Positions 7,196 through 14,739 of a stretch of 17,217 nucleotides of DNA are shown here, in pieces. Positions within the stretch are counted from its first letter, which is position 1. Each line of letters opens with the position of its first letter. The position numbers were made by a program, and so were the translations under genes. Below the pieces are notes generated by a model that ran no database searches, was not told where the DNA came from, and saw only the letters and a list, made by a program, of their open reading frames with translations. The stretch is from Candidatus Hadarchaeota archaeon (GTDB taxonomy: Archaea > Hadarchaeota > Hadarchaeia > Hadarchaeales > JAWBSP01). Location: contig CAYYWO010000014.1 in assembly GCA_964474885.1 (NCBI GenBank), positions 1 to 17,217 of the forward strand, given 5' to 3'.

Positions 7196-8708
7196 ACCGC
7201 ACAACTAGACTCCAACACTTTTCAGTCTTTTGGTAGACTTCCAGTTTGTTCTTGACGGGCTGGCACGCCTCGATCAGATCCTGCCCCCACTCCTCATCCC
7301 AGAGCAGGTATACCTTCCGGTAGCTACCACCGTGCCTGACCAGGTACTGCCTCAGTTCGCGGAGGGCGACTTCCCTCTCCTGCCTGGTCAGCTGCCTGGG
7401 TATCTCGCACTGCCCCAGCGGGTAAACGTCCGAGAGCTCCTCGGGGATGACACCGAAGGGGGGCACTATCCTCACCACATGGCCCTGAACGGGGAATTCC
7501 GCCTTCTGCCCATGCGGGACTAGAATCAGGCATTCCTCAGCGGGCGGCCTGTACCTGGACATGCGGAACCTGTGCCTGAGCACCTCAGGGCGGAAGGCTG
7601 ACTCGTACCCGGTGTAAAGGAAGCCAGAAGGCTTAGTGACGGGGTCGAACCTCTCCAGCCACTTGGCGTACTTCAGGAGTTGCCTGAAAGCCTGCAGGAG
7701 CGCGGGGTGACAGGTGCATCGCTGGTGCGTGTACTCCCAGAGCCTACCCTCCCAGATCGCCTGCCTTATCCTGCGCACCTCTGCTAGGGAAACGTAGAGG
7801 TTGTGGAGGGCCAGGATGCGCTTGCGCTCCTGCCTGTCCACCTCCTTGAGCTCCTCCGCCGAGCTGCACCTGCAAACGGGGCACTCGCAGGGCAGCTCCC
7901 TCAGCTCCTCCAGTCTCACGGTGCCGGTTGGAGTCAGATACCTGTCGTCCTTTGCGAAGAGGGCATAAGCCGCAGAGTCGAAGAGGTCGCAGCCCATTAG
8001 CACGGCCAGGGAAAAGCAAATCGGGTGCCCGGCCCCAAAGAGATGGACAGGGCGGTTCAGGGGCAGGTGCCTCTTGGCCGTCATGACTAGATCCACCACG
8101 TGGTGGAACTTGTAGCTCTCGAAGTACTCGACCGGGCCCCCGATCGCGTACACCTGGTATTCCAGCTGAGCCAGGCTCCGCGCACAGCGCTCCACCAAGT
8201 TCAGGTACCTGCCCCCCTGCACGGGTGCGCACCAAGCCACGTTCGGATTCCTCCTGAGCTGGACTGCTTGCCTAGCCCTCTCTACAGTCTCCTCCACCTT
8301 CCGCTCGGCGGTCCCGTGATCGTCTTGGGCCCCCGTCGGGACGTCCAGGATCACCGCGATGTCAGGGCCTATCGAATCCTGGAAGCTGACGATTTGCTCT
8401 GGGCTCACCTCTACCTCCCCGTACCTAAGGATCTGGTACCCGCCTGAGTCCGTGACCACAGGGCCATCGAAGCCCAAGTGCTGGTGCACGTCCCCAGCAT
8501 CCGGGAAGTGCTTCATTATCAAGTAAGCATTGGTCATGAGCGCCTCCGCTCCCGCCCGCCTGACCTCCTCTATGGGCACCTCAACCTGGACCGGGTTGAT
8601 GACGGGAAGGAGGCAGGGGGTCCGGATCTCCCCGTGGGCGGTCTCAATTCTCCCCAGGCGCCCCCCGCCGCACCTCTGGAGGATCTCGAACCTCAGCCCG
8701 GGCATCAT
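6957..8708 (-). CDS. tgtA: Archaeosine tRNA-guanine(15) transglycosylase, without PUA domain, with a read-through tail
   Basis: GRLGRIETAHGEIRTPCLLPVINP, MTNAYLI, TDSGGYQILRYG, PVHLFGAGHP, GCDLFDSAAYA, Zn site CECPVC...HNL, EGRLWE. Start is ATG 8708 or 8705. The homologous part seems to end near 7230. Confidence 0.93.
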   Translation of the reverse strand: MMPGLRFEILQRCGGGRLGRIETAHGEIRTPCLLPVINPVQVEVPIEEVRRAGAEALMTNAYLIMKHFPDAGDVHQHLGFDGPVVTDSGGYQILRYGEVEVSPEQIVSFQDSIGPDIAVILDVPTGAQDDHGTAERKVEETVERARQAVQLRRNPNVAWCAPVQGGRYLNLVERCARSLAQLEYQVYAIGGPVEYFESYKFHHVVDLVMTAKRHLPLNRPVHLFGAGHPICFSLAVLMGCDLFDSAAYALFAKDDRYLTPTGTVRLEELRELPCECPVCRCSSAEELKEVDRQERKRILALHNLYVSLAEVRRIRQAIWEGRLWEYTHQRCTCHPALLQAFRQLLKYAKWLERFDPVTKPSGFLYTGYESAFRPEVLRHRFRMSRYRPPAEECLILVPHGQKAEFPVQGHVVRIVPPFGVIPEELSDVYPLGQCEIPRQLTRQEREVALRELRQYLVRHGGSYRKVYLLWDEEWGQDLIEACQPVKNKLEVYQKTEKCWSLVVRYAEGGRDKTGHQGQGDSEAPDGELQGPPEGARADRRGEHRNCQAENEEAERDNPEVHHPCRSEVPEQAHPGLPHDKRQD

Positions 8709-8852
8709 AAAAGCCCCCCAGATGGCTAAATCGCCCAACACCGGGGGGCGACAGCTGGGGACTCAGTGGTTCGCAAAAGCCCCAGAGAATATCCTCTGGG
8801 CCTTGCATGCGAGGTTGATCGCTGTAGCTAGCGATTTCGCCACCCCCAACTC
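8709..8852. ncRNA. Candidate structured non-coding element (ncRNA, leader or MITE-like) upstream of tgtA
   Basis: Nested inverted repeats: TGGCTAAATCGC 8723-8734 / GCGATTTCGCCA 8831-8842; GCGACAGC 8748-8755 / GCTGTAGC 8821-8828; TCGCA 8771-8775 / TGCGA 8808-8812; CCCAGAG 8781-8787 / CTCTGGG 8794-8800. No credible ORF. Confidence 0.45.
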
Positions 8853-8857
8853 AATAG

Positions 8858-8995
8858 TATGTATATGACGAGTTAATCAACCGTCTGCTTAAGGAAACGT
8901 TACCAGGCAAGCCGCCAACCCTTCGTGAACTGAAGGAGATGAGAGAGGATGAGTACATCCCTCTCGAAGAGGTCGCGAAAAAACTTGGGCTATGA
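8858..8995 (+). pseudogene. 5'-truncated antitoxin remnant (archaeal RelB/RHH-like)
   Basis: After in-frame TAG 8855 the frame reads YVYDELINRLLKETLPGKPPTLRELKEMREDEYIPLEEVAKKLGL*. YDELINRLL and EYIPLEEVAKKLGL resemble archaeal antitoxins. The N-terminus and its start codon are missing, and the stop overlaps the toxin start. Confidence 0.65.
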
Positions 8996-9248
8996 AGTTC
9001 TGCTCCACCCAAGCGTTTCCAAGTATTTACTGAAGCTTGCGAGGGATGCTCCGAAAGATGCCGAACGGTGCGTCCAAGGCTCCGGGAGCTCGCAAAGGAT
9101 CCCCTTCAGGACGAGGCCCGGATTAGACATCGCGCTCTGGAAAGGAAAAGAATTCAACTACAGGTTGCGTGTTACGGAGACATCGTTTCAGCTATCGGGT
9201 CGATAGCAGGCCAAACTCATTTACGTGGATGCAGCCTAGTTCAGGTGA
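8985..9248 (+). pseudogene. RelE/ParE family toxin pseudogene (multiple frameshifts, in-frame stop)
   Basis: Stitching frames from TTG 8985 gives MGYEVLLHPSVSKYLLKLARDAPKDAERCVQ/LRELAKDP/FRTRPGLDIALWKGKEFNYRLRV/RHRFSYRVD/QAKLIYVDAA*FR. The YEV..HP, L..DPF, YRLRV and YRVD..K.IYV pattern is RelE-like. Confidence 0.78.
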
Positions 9249-9414
9249 TCAACAAATTTGGAACTGAAACCAAACATGTCGCAGACTTCCACAACGGGGA
9301 GGAGATTGTTTTCTCTACTCTATAAACGCTTCAGTCATAGTATCCTGGCATTTGAGTACGAGCTTGAACTGTTCATTTTATTTCCTGTGACTAAGTACGA
9401 TTTCCAATAAGAGC

Positions 9415-10605
9415 TCAGCAGATCTGCACCTGACCTTCTATCAGGCGGTTGCAGAAGCCCTTCAGGTTGGCGAACTCCTCCTCCACAACCCTTCTCACTT
9501 CGGACTCGAAATCCTCTCTCTCCGCTATCACCTTCACCATCACCATCGCCGGATCGTTTATAGGCCTGCCGATCTCGCTGAGAAGCCAAACGTAGACCTC
9601 CTTCAGCCCGGGTACCCTCTCGTATATCCTGGTCGCCAGTTCGTGGGAGAAAAGATTGTAGATCTTTCCGACATGACTAACGGGGTTCTTGCCCGCTGCC
9701 GCCTCGCTGCTCACGGGTCTGTTGAGGGGGATCACGCCGTTCGGTCTGTTTCCCCTCCCCACCTCCCCGGAGTCCGCACCGTCTGCACTCGTGCCCAGAA
9801 CTGTCAGGTATATCCCGCTCTCCCCCCTACCTGGCTTATCCAGCACGTTGAGGGCCAGCTGGACGTCCTCCTCACCCCTCTGCCTCAGGTGCTGGCTCAG
9901 TGCCTCCTGCACCTCCGCCTTGCGCTTGAAGTACTCCGCCTCGCTCCCGATGAACCTGTCCACGAAGGCCATGGCTATGGTCAGGCTTATCCTGTCGCGC
10001 CTCCTTATCCCCATCACTTTTACGTCCTCACCCGTCTCAGGAAAGTCTCGCTTGAACTCCCTGGAGTTCAGGTACCTCTCGACCTCCAGCACCAGCCTCT
10101 CCAGCCTGCTCATCGGCGCGTAGCCCACGGCGGCCGAGGTATCGTTAGCCCCTAGGAATTCCCCCTGCCTCCTCCATATGTCCGTCAGCGAGGCAGAGCC
10201 GGGCTTGAACTCCACCTGGTACCTGACGTGGGCCTCCGGATCCACGAAGCGCAGGTGCTCCCTTATCCAGCTCTTCGCCGCTGAAACGGCTATCCTCTCG
10301 ACATCCACCTCTTCCTCCCCGATTCGCTTCGTGGCCCTGTCACCGAAGATGAGCAGCATGGGCTGCAAGACCTCACCCCCGCCGAACCTCGTCACCACCT
10401 CCCCCGCAACCAGCATGGACTTGTCCGCGTTGTGGTGCAGGACCGTTCCGAACCTCCTCAGATACTCTCTGCTCAGCTCCACCGAGACCCTGTCCAGGAT
10501 CATGTCGCAGATGGTGTCCGGGTGGCCCAGTCCCTTCCTCTCGACTATCTCCAAGCTCATCTCCTCAGCGGTCGGCACGTTCAGCTTCTCGACAATCAGG
10601 TTCAT
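9415..10605 (-). CDS. mat: Archaeal-type S-adenosylmethionine synthetase (methionine adenosyltransferase)
   Basis: EIVERKGLGHPDTICD, LHHNADK, GANDTSAAVGYAP, GEDVKVMG, GRGNRPNGVI, EAAAGKNPVSHVGKIYN. Confidence 0.96.
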   Translation of the reverse strand: MNLIVEKLNVPTAEEMSLEIVERKGLGHPDTICDMILDRVSVELSREYLRRFGTVLHHNADKSMLVAGEVVTRFGGGEVLQPMLLIFGDRATKRIGEEEVDVERIAVSAAKSWIREHLRFVDPEAHVRYQVEFKPGSASLTDIWRRQGEFLGANDTSAAVGYAPMSRLERLVLEVERYLNSREFKRDFPETGEDVKVMGIRRRDRISLTIAMAFVDRFIGSEAEYFKRKAEVQEALSQHLRQRGEEDVQLALNVLDKPGRGESGIYLTVLGTSADGADSGEVGRGNRPNGVIPLNRPVSSEAAAGKNPVSHVGKIYNLFSHELATRIYERVPGLKEVYVWLLSEIGRPINDPAMVMVKVIAEREDFESEVRRVVEEEFANLKGFCNRLIEGQVQIC

Positions 10606-10624
10606 ACTTAAGATAAAATCCCTC

Positions 10625-10631
10625 GTTTAAC
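10625..10631. promoter_or_regulatory. Putative shared bidirectional TATA element for mat and the HTH regulator
   Basis: GTTTAAC reads TTTAAC on + 25 nt before ATG 10651 and TTAAAC on - 25 nt before ATG 10605. Confidence 0.55.
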
Positions 10632-10650
10632 TCATTACGCCCAGTTTCTG

Positions 10651-11358
10651 ATGCATGAGCTCCGAGAAAGAGTTGCCAGGTGGATAGCCGGTGACATAGT
10701 CCTGTCCAACAATCCAGGTGCTACCCTGCGTAGATGGAGGGAGATGTTCAACATGAGCCAGGCTGCCCTGGCCTTCGCCCTCGGGGTCTCTCCCTCCGTA
10801 GTGAGTGACTACGAGACAGGGCGGAGGAAGTCCCCAGGGATCCTGAGCATCAAGAAGGTGGTGGAGGCCCTGATAGAGCACGACCTGAAGTCCGGGGGCA
10901 GGATGCTGGATTCCCTGTCCAGGGTCCTCGGCTCCCTCCCGGCCGAGGTGGTCCTCGACATCAGGGAACTCGAGCAGGGGGCGACCGTCAGGGAGTTCTG
11001 CAGGCTGTTGGACGCCGAACTCGTCGCCTGCCCCCAGCTTTCTGAGAAGAAGCTCTTCGGCTACACCGTCATAGACAGCCTGAAGGCGATAGTCTCCCTC
11101 TCCTCGGAAGACTTCAAGAGGTTTTACGGCATGTCCACGGAGAGAGCCCTCATCTTCACGGGGGTGGGGACGGGCAGGTCCCCCCTCGTAGCTGTCAAGG
11201 TAGCTGGCATACCACCTGGGATGATAGTGCTGCACGGGAGCGTGAGAAAGATAGATCCCTTGGCCGTCAAGATTGCAGAACAGTTGCATCTCCCGGTGGC
11301 GATATCCTCCCTTTCCAGTCCGGCTGAAATCGTCCACAGCCTCAGGAAGCTCTTATAG
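10651..11358 (+). CDS. Predicted XRE-family HTH transcriptional regulator (COG1709-like) associated with the archaeal HMG-CoA synthase cluster
   Basis: IAGDIVLSNNPGATLRRWRE..MSQAALA..LGVSPSVVSDYETGRRKSPG, GYTVIDSLKAI, YGMSTERALIFTGVGTGRSPLVAVKV. Confidence 0.85.
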   Translation: MHELRERVARWIAGDIVLSNNPGATLRRWREMFNMSQAALAFALGVSPSVVSDYETGRRKSPGILSIKKVVEALIEHDLKSGGRMLDSLSRVLGSLPAEVVLDIRELEQGATVREFCRLLDAELVACPQLSEKKLFGYTVIDSLKAIVSLSSEDFKRFYGMSTERALIFTGVGTGRSPLVAVKVAGIPPGMIVLHGSVRKIDPLAVKIAEQLHLPVAISSLSSPAEIVHSLRKLL

Positions 11359-11360
11359 CA

Positions 11361-11368
11361 TTTTTAAC
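11361..11368 (+). promoter_or_regulatory. TATA box (TTTTTAAC) of the HMG-CoA synthase/thiolase/DUF35 operon
   Basis: TTTAAC at 11363 is 23 nt before ATG 11386, and the same motif and spacing occur before secF. Confidence 0.55.
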
Positions 11369-11385
11369 CCGAGGAAAACGAAAGA

Positions 11386-12417
11386 ATGCGTGCTGGAATA
11401 GTGGGGTACGGGGTGTACATCCCCATTTACCGGATCAAGATCGCGGAGATCGCAAAGGTTTGGGGGGGAAGGACTGGGGGTCTTGGACTGGAGGAAAAGT
11501 CCGTTGCGGGTCCCGACGAGGACACAGCTACCATGGCTGTCGAGGCTACTCGGAATGCCCTAGCCAGGGCTCAGGTAGATCCCAAAGACATAGGTGCCGT
11601 GTACGTGGGGACGGAGTCCCCTCCTTATGCCGTGAAGCCGGCAGCAACCATCGTGGCCGAGGCTATAGGAGCAACACCCGAGACCACGGCAGCGGACTGG
11701 GAGTTCGCATGCAAGGCCGGGACGGCGGCCGTCCAAGCGTGCATGGGTCTCGTGCTTTCGGGGGTCATAAAATACGGGGTAGCCGTGGGTGCGGATAACG
11801 CCCAGTGCAGGCCGGGGGACGCTCTCGAGTACACAGCCGCCGCAGGTGCCGCCTCCTACATCATAGGGAAAGAGGAGGAGGCCCTTGCGATCATCGAGGG
11901 GACCTACTCGTACACGACGGATACGCCCGACTTCTGGAGACGGGAGGGGAAGCCCTACCCGGCCCATGGGGGCAGGTTCACGGGGAGGCCCGCTTACTTC
12001 AAGCACATCATCTCGGCCGCTGAGGGGTTGATGAGGAAGTTCGACCTGAGCGTGGATGACTTCGATTACGCTGTCTTCCACCAGCCGAACGCCAAGTTCC
12101 CACTAGAGGCAGCAAAAGAGCTCGGCTTACCGAAGGAAAAGGTGCTCCCCGGACTGGTGGTAGGCAAAATCGGGAACACCTACTCCGCCTCCAGCATGAT
12201 GGGGCTAGCAGCCGTCCTAGATAAAGCGGAGGCGGGGCAGAGGATACTCATGGTCTCTTACGGTTCGGGAGCAGGGAGCGATGCCTTCAGCCTGCTCGTT
12301 ACTGAGCGCATCAAGGAGAAGAGGAATCTGGCCCCCACGGTTGAGCACTACCTAAACAGGAGGGTGCTCATCGACTACGGTACCTACTCAAAGCTGAAGT
12401 ACCTGGTGGCCGAATGA
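11386..12417 (+). CDS. mvaS: Hydroxymethylglutaryl-CoA synthase (archaeal type)
   Basis: [42 protein letters not shown], catalytic [42 protein letters not shown]. Confidence 0.95.
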   Translation: MRAGIVGYGVYIPIYRIKIAEIAKVWGGRTGGLGLEEKSVAGPDEDTATMAVEATRNALARAQVDPKDIGAVYVGTESPPYAVKPAATIVAEAIGATPETTAADWEFACKAGTAAVQACMGLVLSGVIKYGVAVGADNAQCRPGDALEYTAAAGAASYIIGKEEEALAIIEGTYSYTTDTPDFWRREGKPYPAHGGRFTGRPAYFKHIISAAEGLMRKFDLSVDDFDYAVFHQPNAKFPLEAAKELGLPKEKVLPGLVVGKIGNTYSASSMMGLAAVLDKAEAGQRILMVSYGSGAGSDAFSLLVTERIKEKRNLAPTVEHYLNRRVLIDYGTYSKLKYLVAE

Positions 12418-13577
12418 GGAAGGTAGCTGTTATAGGGGTTGGTATGACCAAATTCGGCGAGCTCTGGCACGCCTCCTTCAGGGATCTCATGATAGAAGCG
12501 GGAGTCAGGGCCCTGGAGGACGCAGGGATTGGCGGTGATGACATCCAAGCTGCTTACGTGGGAAACATGTCAGCCGGGAGGTTCATCCAGCAAGAGCACG
12601 TGGGGGCGCTGATCGCAGACTACTCGGGGCTCGCCCCCATCCCCTGCACGAGGGTGGAGGCCGCATGCGCATCCGGGGGGCTGGCCCTCAGACAGGCTTG
12701 GATGGATGTAGCCTCCGGCCTGCACGATATCGTGATAGCTGCCGGAATTGAGAAGATGACTGATGTCCTGGCCGGGGCTGCCATAGAAACCCTCGCGACG
12801 GCGGCTGACCAAGAGTGGGAAGCCTTCGTTGGGGCTACCTTCCCTTCCCTGTACGCCCTCATGGCCAGGAGGCACATGTACGAGTTCGGTACGACCGAGG
12901 AGCAGATGGCCGCGGTGGCCGTGAAGAACCACAACTTCGCCAACATGAATCCTTACGCTCAGTACCACATCCAGGTGACGGTTGAGAAGGTGCTGAAGTC
13001 CCCTCCCGTGGCCAAGCCCCTAAAGCTCCTGGACTGCTCACCGATCTCGGACGGTGCCGCCTGCGTCGTGCTGGCTCCGGCCGAGCAGTCCAGAAAATAC
13101 ACGGACACGCCCGTCCTCATCGAGGGGAGCGGGCATGCAACCGATACCCTCGGGTTGCACGGGCGCAAGTCCCTCGTGGGGCTGGAGGCCACCGTTCGTG
13201 CCAGCAGGGAAGCTTACAAGATGGCCGGCATCGAGCCCTCCGACGTGCACGTGGCGGAGGTCCACGACTGCTTCACCATAGCTGAAATCATGGCCATAGA
13301 AGATCTCGGATTCTGCAAGAAGGGGGAAGGGGGAAAGTTCACCGAGGAGGGGCAGACGAACTTGGGTGGAAAAGTCGTGGTGAACCCCAGCGGGGGCTTG
13401 AAGGGAAAGGGGCACCCAGTTGGGGCGACGGGCGTTGCTCAGGTGGTGGAGATCGTCCACCAACTGAGGGAGGAGGCAGGAAAGAGGCAGATGGAGGGGG
13501 CGGAAATCGGCCTGACCCATAACGTTGGTGGAACGGGCGCAACGGTCGTCGTCCACATCTTCAGGAGGATGACCTGA
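12414..13577 (+). CDS. Acetyl-CoA acetyltransferase (acetoacetyl-CoA thiolase)
   Basis: [61 protein letters not shown] overlap with the HMG-CoA synthase gene. Confidence 0.95.
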   Translation: MRKVAVIGVGMTKFGELWHASFRDLMIEAGVRALEDAGIGGDDIQAAYVGNMSAGRFIQQEHVGALIADYSGLAPIPCTRVEAACASGGLALRQAWMDVASGLHDIVIAAGIEKMTDVLAGAAIETLATAADQEWEAFVGATFPSLYALMARRHMYEFGTTEEQMAAVAVKNHNFANMNPYAQYHIQVTVEKVLKSPPVAKPLKLLDCSPISDGAACVVLAPAEQSRKYTDTPVLIEGSGHATDTLGLHGRKSLVGLEATVRASREAYKMAGIEPSDVHVAEVHDCFTIAEIMAIEDLGFCKKGEGGKFTEEGQTNLGGKVVVNPSGGLKGKGHPVGATGVAQVVEIVHQLREEAGKRQMEGAEIGLTHNVGGTGATVVVHIFRRMT

Positions 13578-13996
13578 TGTCAGGAGCCGTACCTAGGTTC
13601 TGGAGGGAGATACCAGCCCGGTACAACCTCATAGGGAGCAAGTGCGAGAGGTGCGGGAAAGTCTTCTTCCCGCCCCGGAACCTCTGCCCGGATTGTAGGC
13701 GAAAGGGGAACGTGAGACCTTACAAGCTCAAGGGGAGGGGGCGGATCCTCTCCTTGACCCAGGTGCACGTGCCCGCCCCAGGTTTTGAGAAACAGGTGCC
13801 GTATTACCTCGCCCTGATCGAGATGGAGGAGGGCCCCAGGATTTTGGCCCAGCTGACGGATGTGGGGCAGGAGCCCGTTGACATAGGGGACGAGGTGGAG
13901 ATCGTCTTCAGGCGGATAAGCGAGTCCGGGGAGATAATCAACTACGGCTTCAAGGCCAGGCCCGTCAAATTCTCCTCGCAAAAGTCAGGTAGCTAG
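13577..13996 (+). CDS. DUF35 Zn-ribbon/OB-fold scaffold protein of the thiolase-HMGCS complex
   Basis: PRFWREIPARYNLIGSKCERCGKVFFPPRNLCPDC, OB fold VPYYLALIEMEEGPRILAQLTD, FRRI..GEIINYGFK. TGATG coupling to the thiolase gene. Confidence 0.93.
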   Translation: MSGAVPRFWREIPARYNLIGSKCERCGKVFFPPRNLCPDCRRKGNVRPYKLKGRGRILSLTQVHVPAPGFEKQVPYYLALIEMEEGPRILAQLTDVGQEPVDIGDEVEIVFRRISESGEIINYGFKARPVKFSSQKSGS

Positions 13997-14711
13997 TGTG
14001 GGCTACCATCTCGTTGCTCGGGCGCGTCGCACCCGGGCGGACGAGCAGCTCCCTCACCAGACACTCAATCGTCACCACCTCCGAGAAGCGGCGTGGGGAT
14101 AGGGCCCGGTAGGTCTCCTGGACGCTCTCGACGCAGGGGCTGAAGACAGCAAGGTACCCGCCGACTTTCAGTGCATCCTCGGCGTGGGGTACCACTTTCC
14201 AAGGCTCCGGCACATCCACCGTGACCAGATCCACTTCCCTCTCATCGATGCCCTTGTAAACGTCCTTCTTCTTTAGAACAATCACGTCCTCGAGCCCCGC
14301 CCGCCTGATGTTTTCCCTGGCTAGCCTGAAGAACTCATCCCTTATCTCGTAGGTGTAGACCTTTCCTGTGGGGCGGACCAAGCTCCCCAAGAAGATTGCC
14401 AACCAACCTGAGCCCGTCCCGCAGTCCACCACCCGGCTCCCTGGTCTCAGGTCCGCGTAGGCGAGTATTTGAGCCGCATCCTTCGGAAGCACGACTTGGG
14501 GCCCTCTCCTCAATCCCTTGTCGAACAGATCCTTTAGGCTCACGGGCAGGACGTGGAACTCCTCCCCCAGGTGGGACTTGACGGTTTGCCCGAAGCTCAC
14601 CTCCCTCAGCTGCTCCAAGTCCACTAGGCCAAGGCTGGTATTCAACTTCCCCCTACCGGGCTTCACTAGATACTTGTTCCCCAGTCTGTCCAGCAGGAGA
14701 ACCAACTCCAT
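13965..14711 (-). CDS. trmI: tRNA (adenine57/58-N1)-methyltransferase TrmI
   Basis: RRGPQVVLPKDA, VVDCGTGSGWL, VYTYEIRDEF, VDVPEPW, FSPCVE, TRPSNEMVAHTSYLTFAR. Start is ATG 14711 or 14717. Confidence 0.94.
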   Translation of the reverse strand: MELVLLLDRLGNKYLVKPGRGKLNTSLGLVDLEQLREVSFGQTVKSHLGEEFHVLPVSLKDLFDKGLRRGPQVVLPKDAAQILAYADLRPGSRVVDCGTGSGWLAIFLGSLVRPTGKVYTYEIRDEFFRLARENIRRAGLEDVIVLKKKDVYKGIDEREVDLVTVDVPEPWKVVPHAEDALKVGGYLAVFSPCVESVQETYRALSPRRFSEVVTIECLVRELLVRPGATRPSNEMVAHTSYLTFARRI

Positions 14712-14739
14712 TCTCATTTAACCACTGAGTAAAAGAGGG

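Noticed and set aside
8713-8791. Plus-strand H/ACA-like guide (GCCCCCC...GGGGGGC-G-ACA; CUGGGG...CCCCAG-AGAAUA)
   Set aside because: The geometry is suggestive, but there is no K-turn/K-loop for L7Ae, the upper stems are only 3 bp, and no plus-strand promoter is evident.
8709-8852. tRNA, 5S rRNA, SRP RNA, RNase P RNA or preQ1-I riboswitch
   Set aside because: No TTCRA T-loop. Only an AAGCCCCCCAG fragment resembles 5S. There is no SRP helix-8 or RNase P GAGGAAAGUCC motif. CUAGCUACA recalls a preQ1-I loop, but the A-rich tail is absent.
8949-9325. ORF-track 85-aa ORFs 8949..9206 and 9068..9325 as intact genes
   Set aside because: They are chimeras of different frames of the frameshifted RelE pseudogene.
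9240-9414. CRISPR-repeat-like fragments (GTTTCAGTTCC on minus; TTCCAATAAGA on plus) in the AT-richer spacer
   Set aside because: Single, partial and not repeated, with no convincing ORF either. Probably decayed accessory DNA.
11386-13996. HMGCS-thiolase-DUF35 cluster as a novel polyketide (PhlABC-like) system
   Set aside because: This is the established archaeal acetoacetyl-CoA channelling complex of the mevalonate pathway, with catalytic motifs intact.
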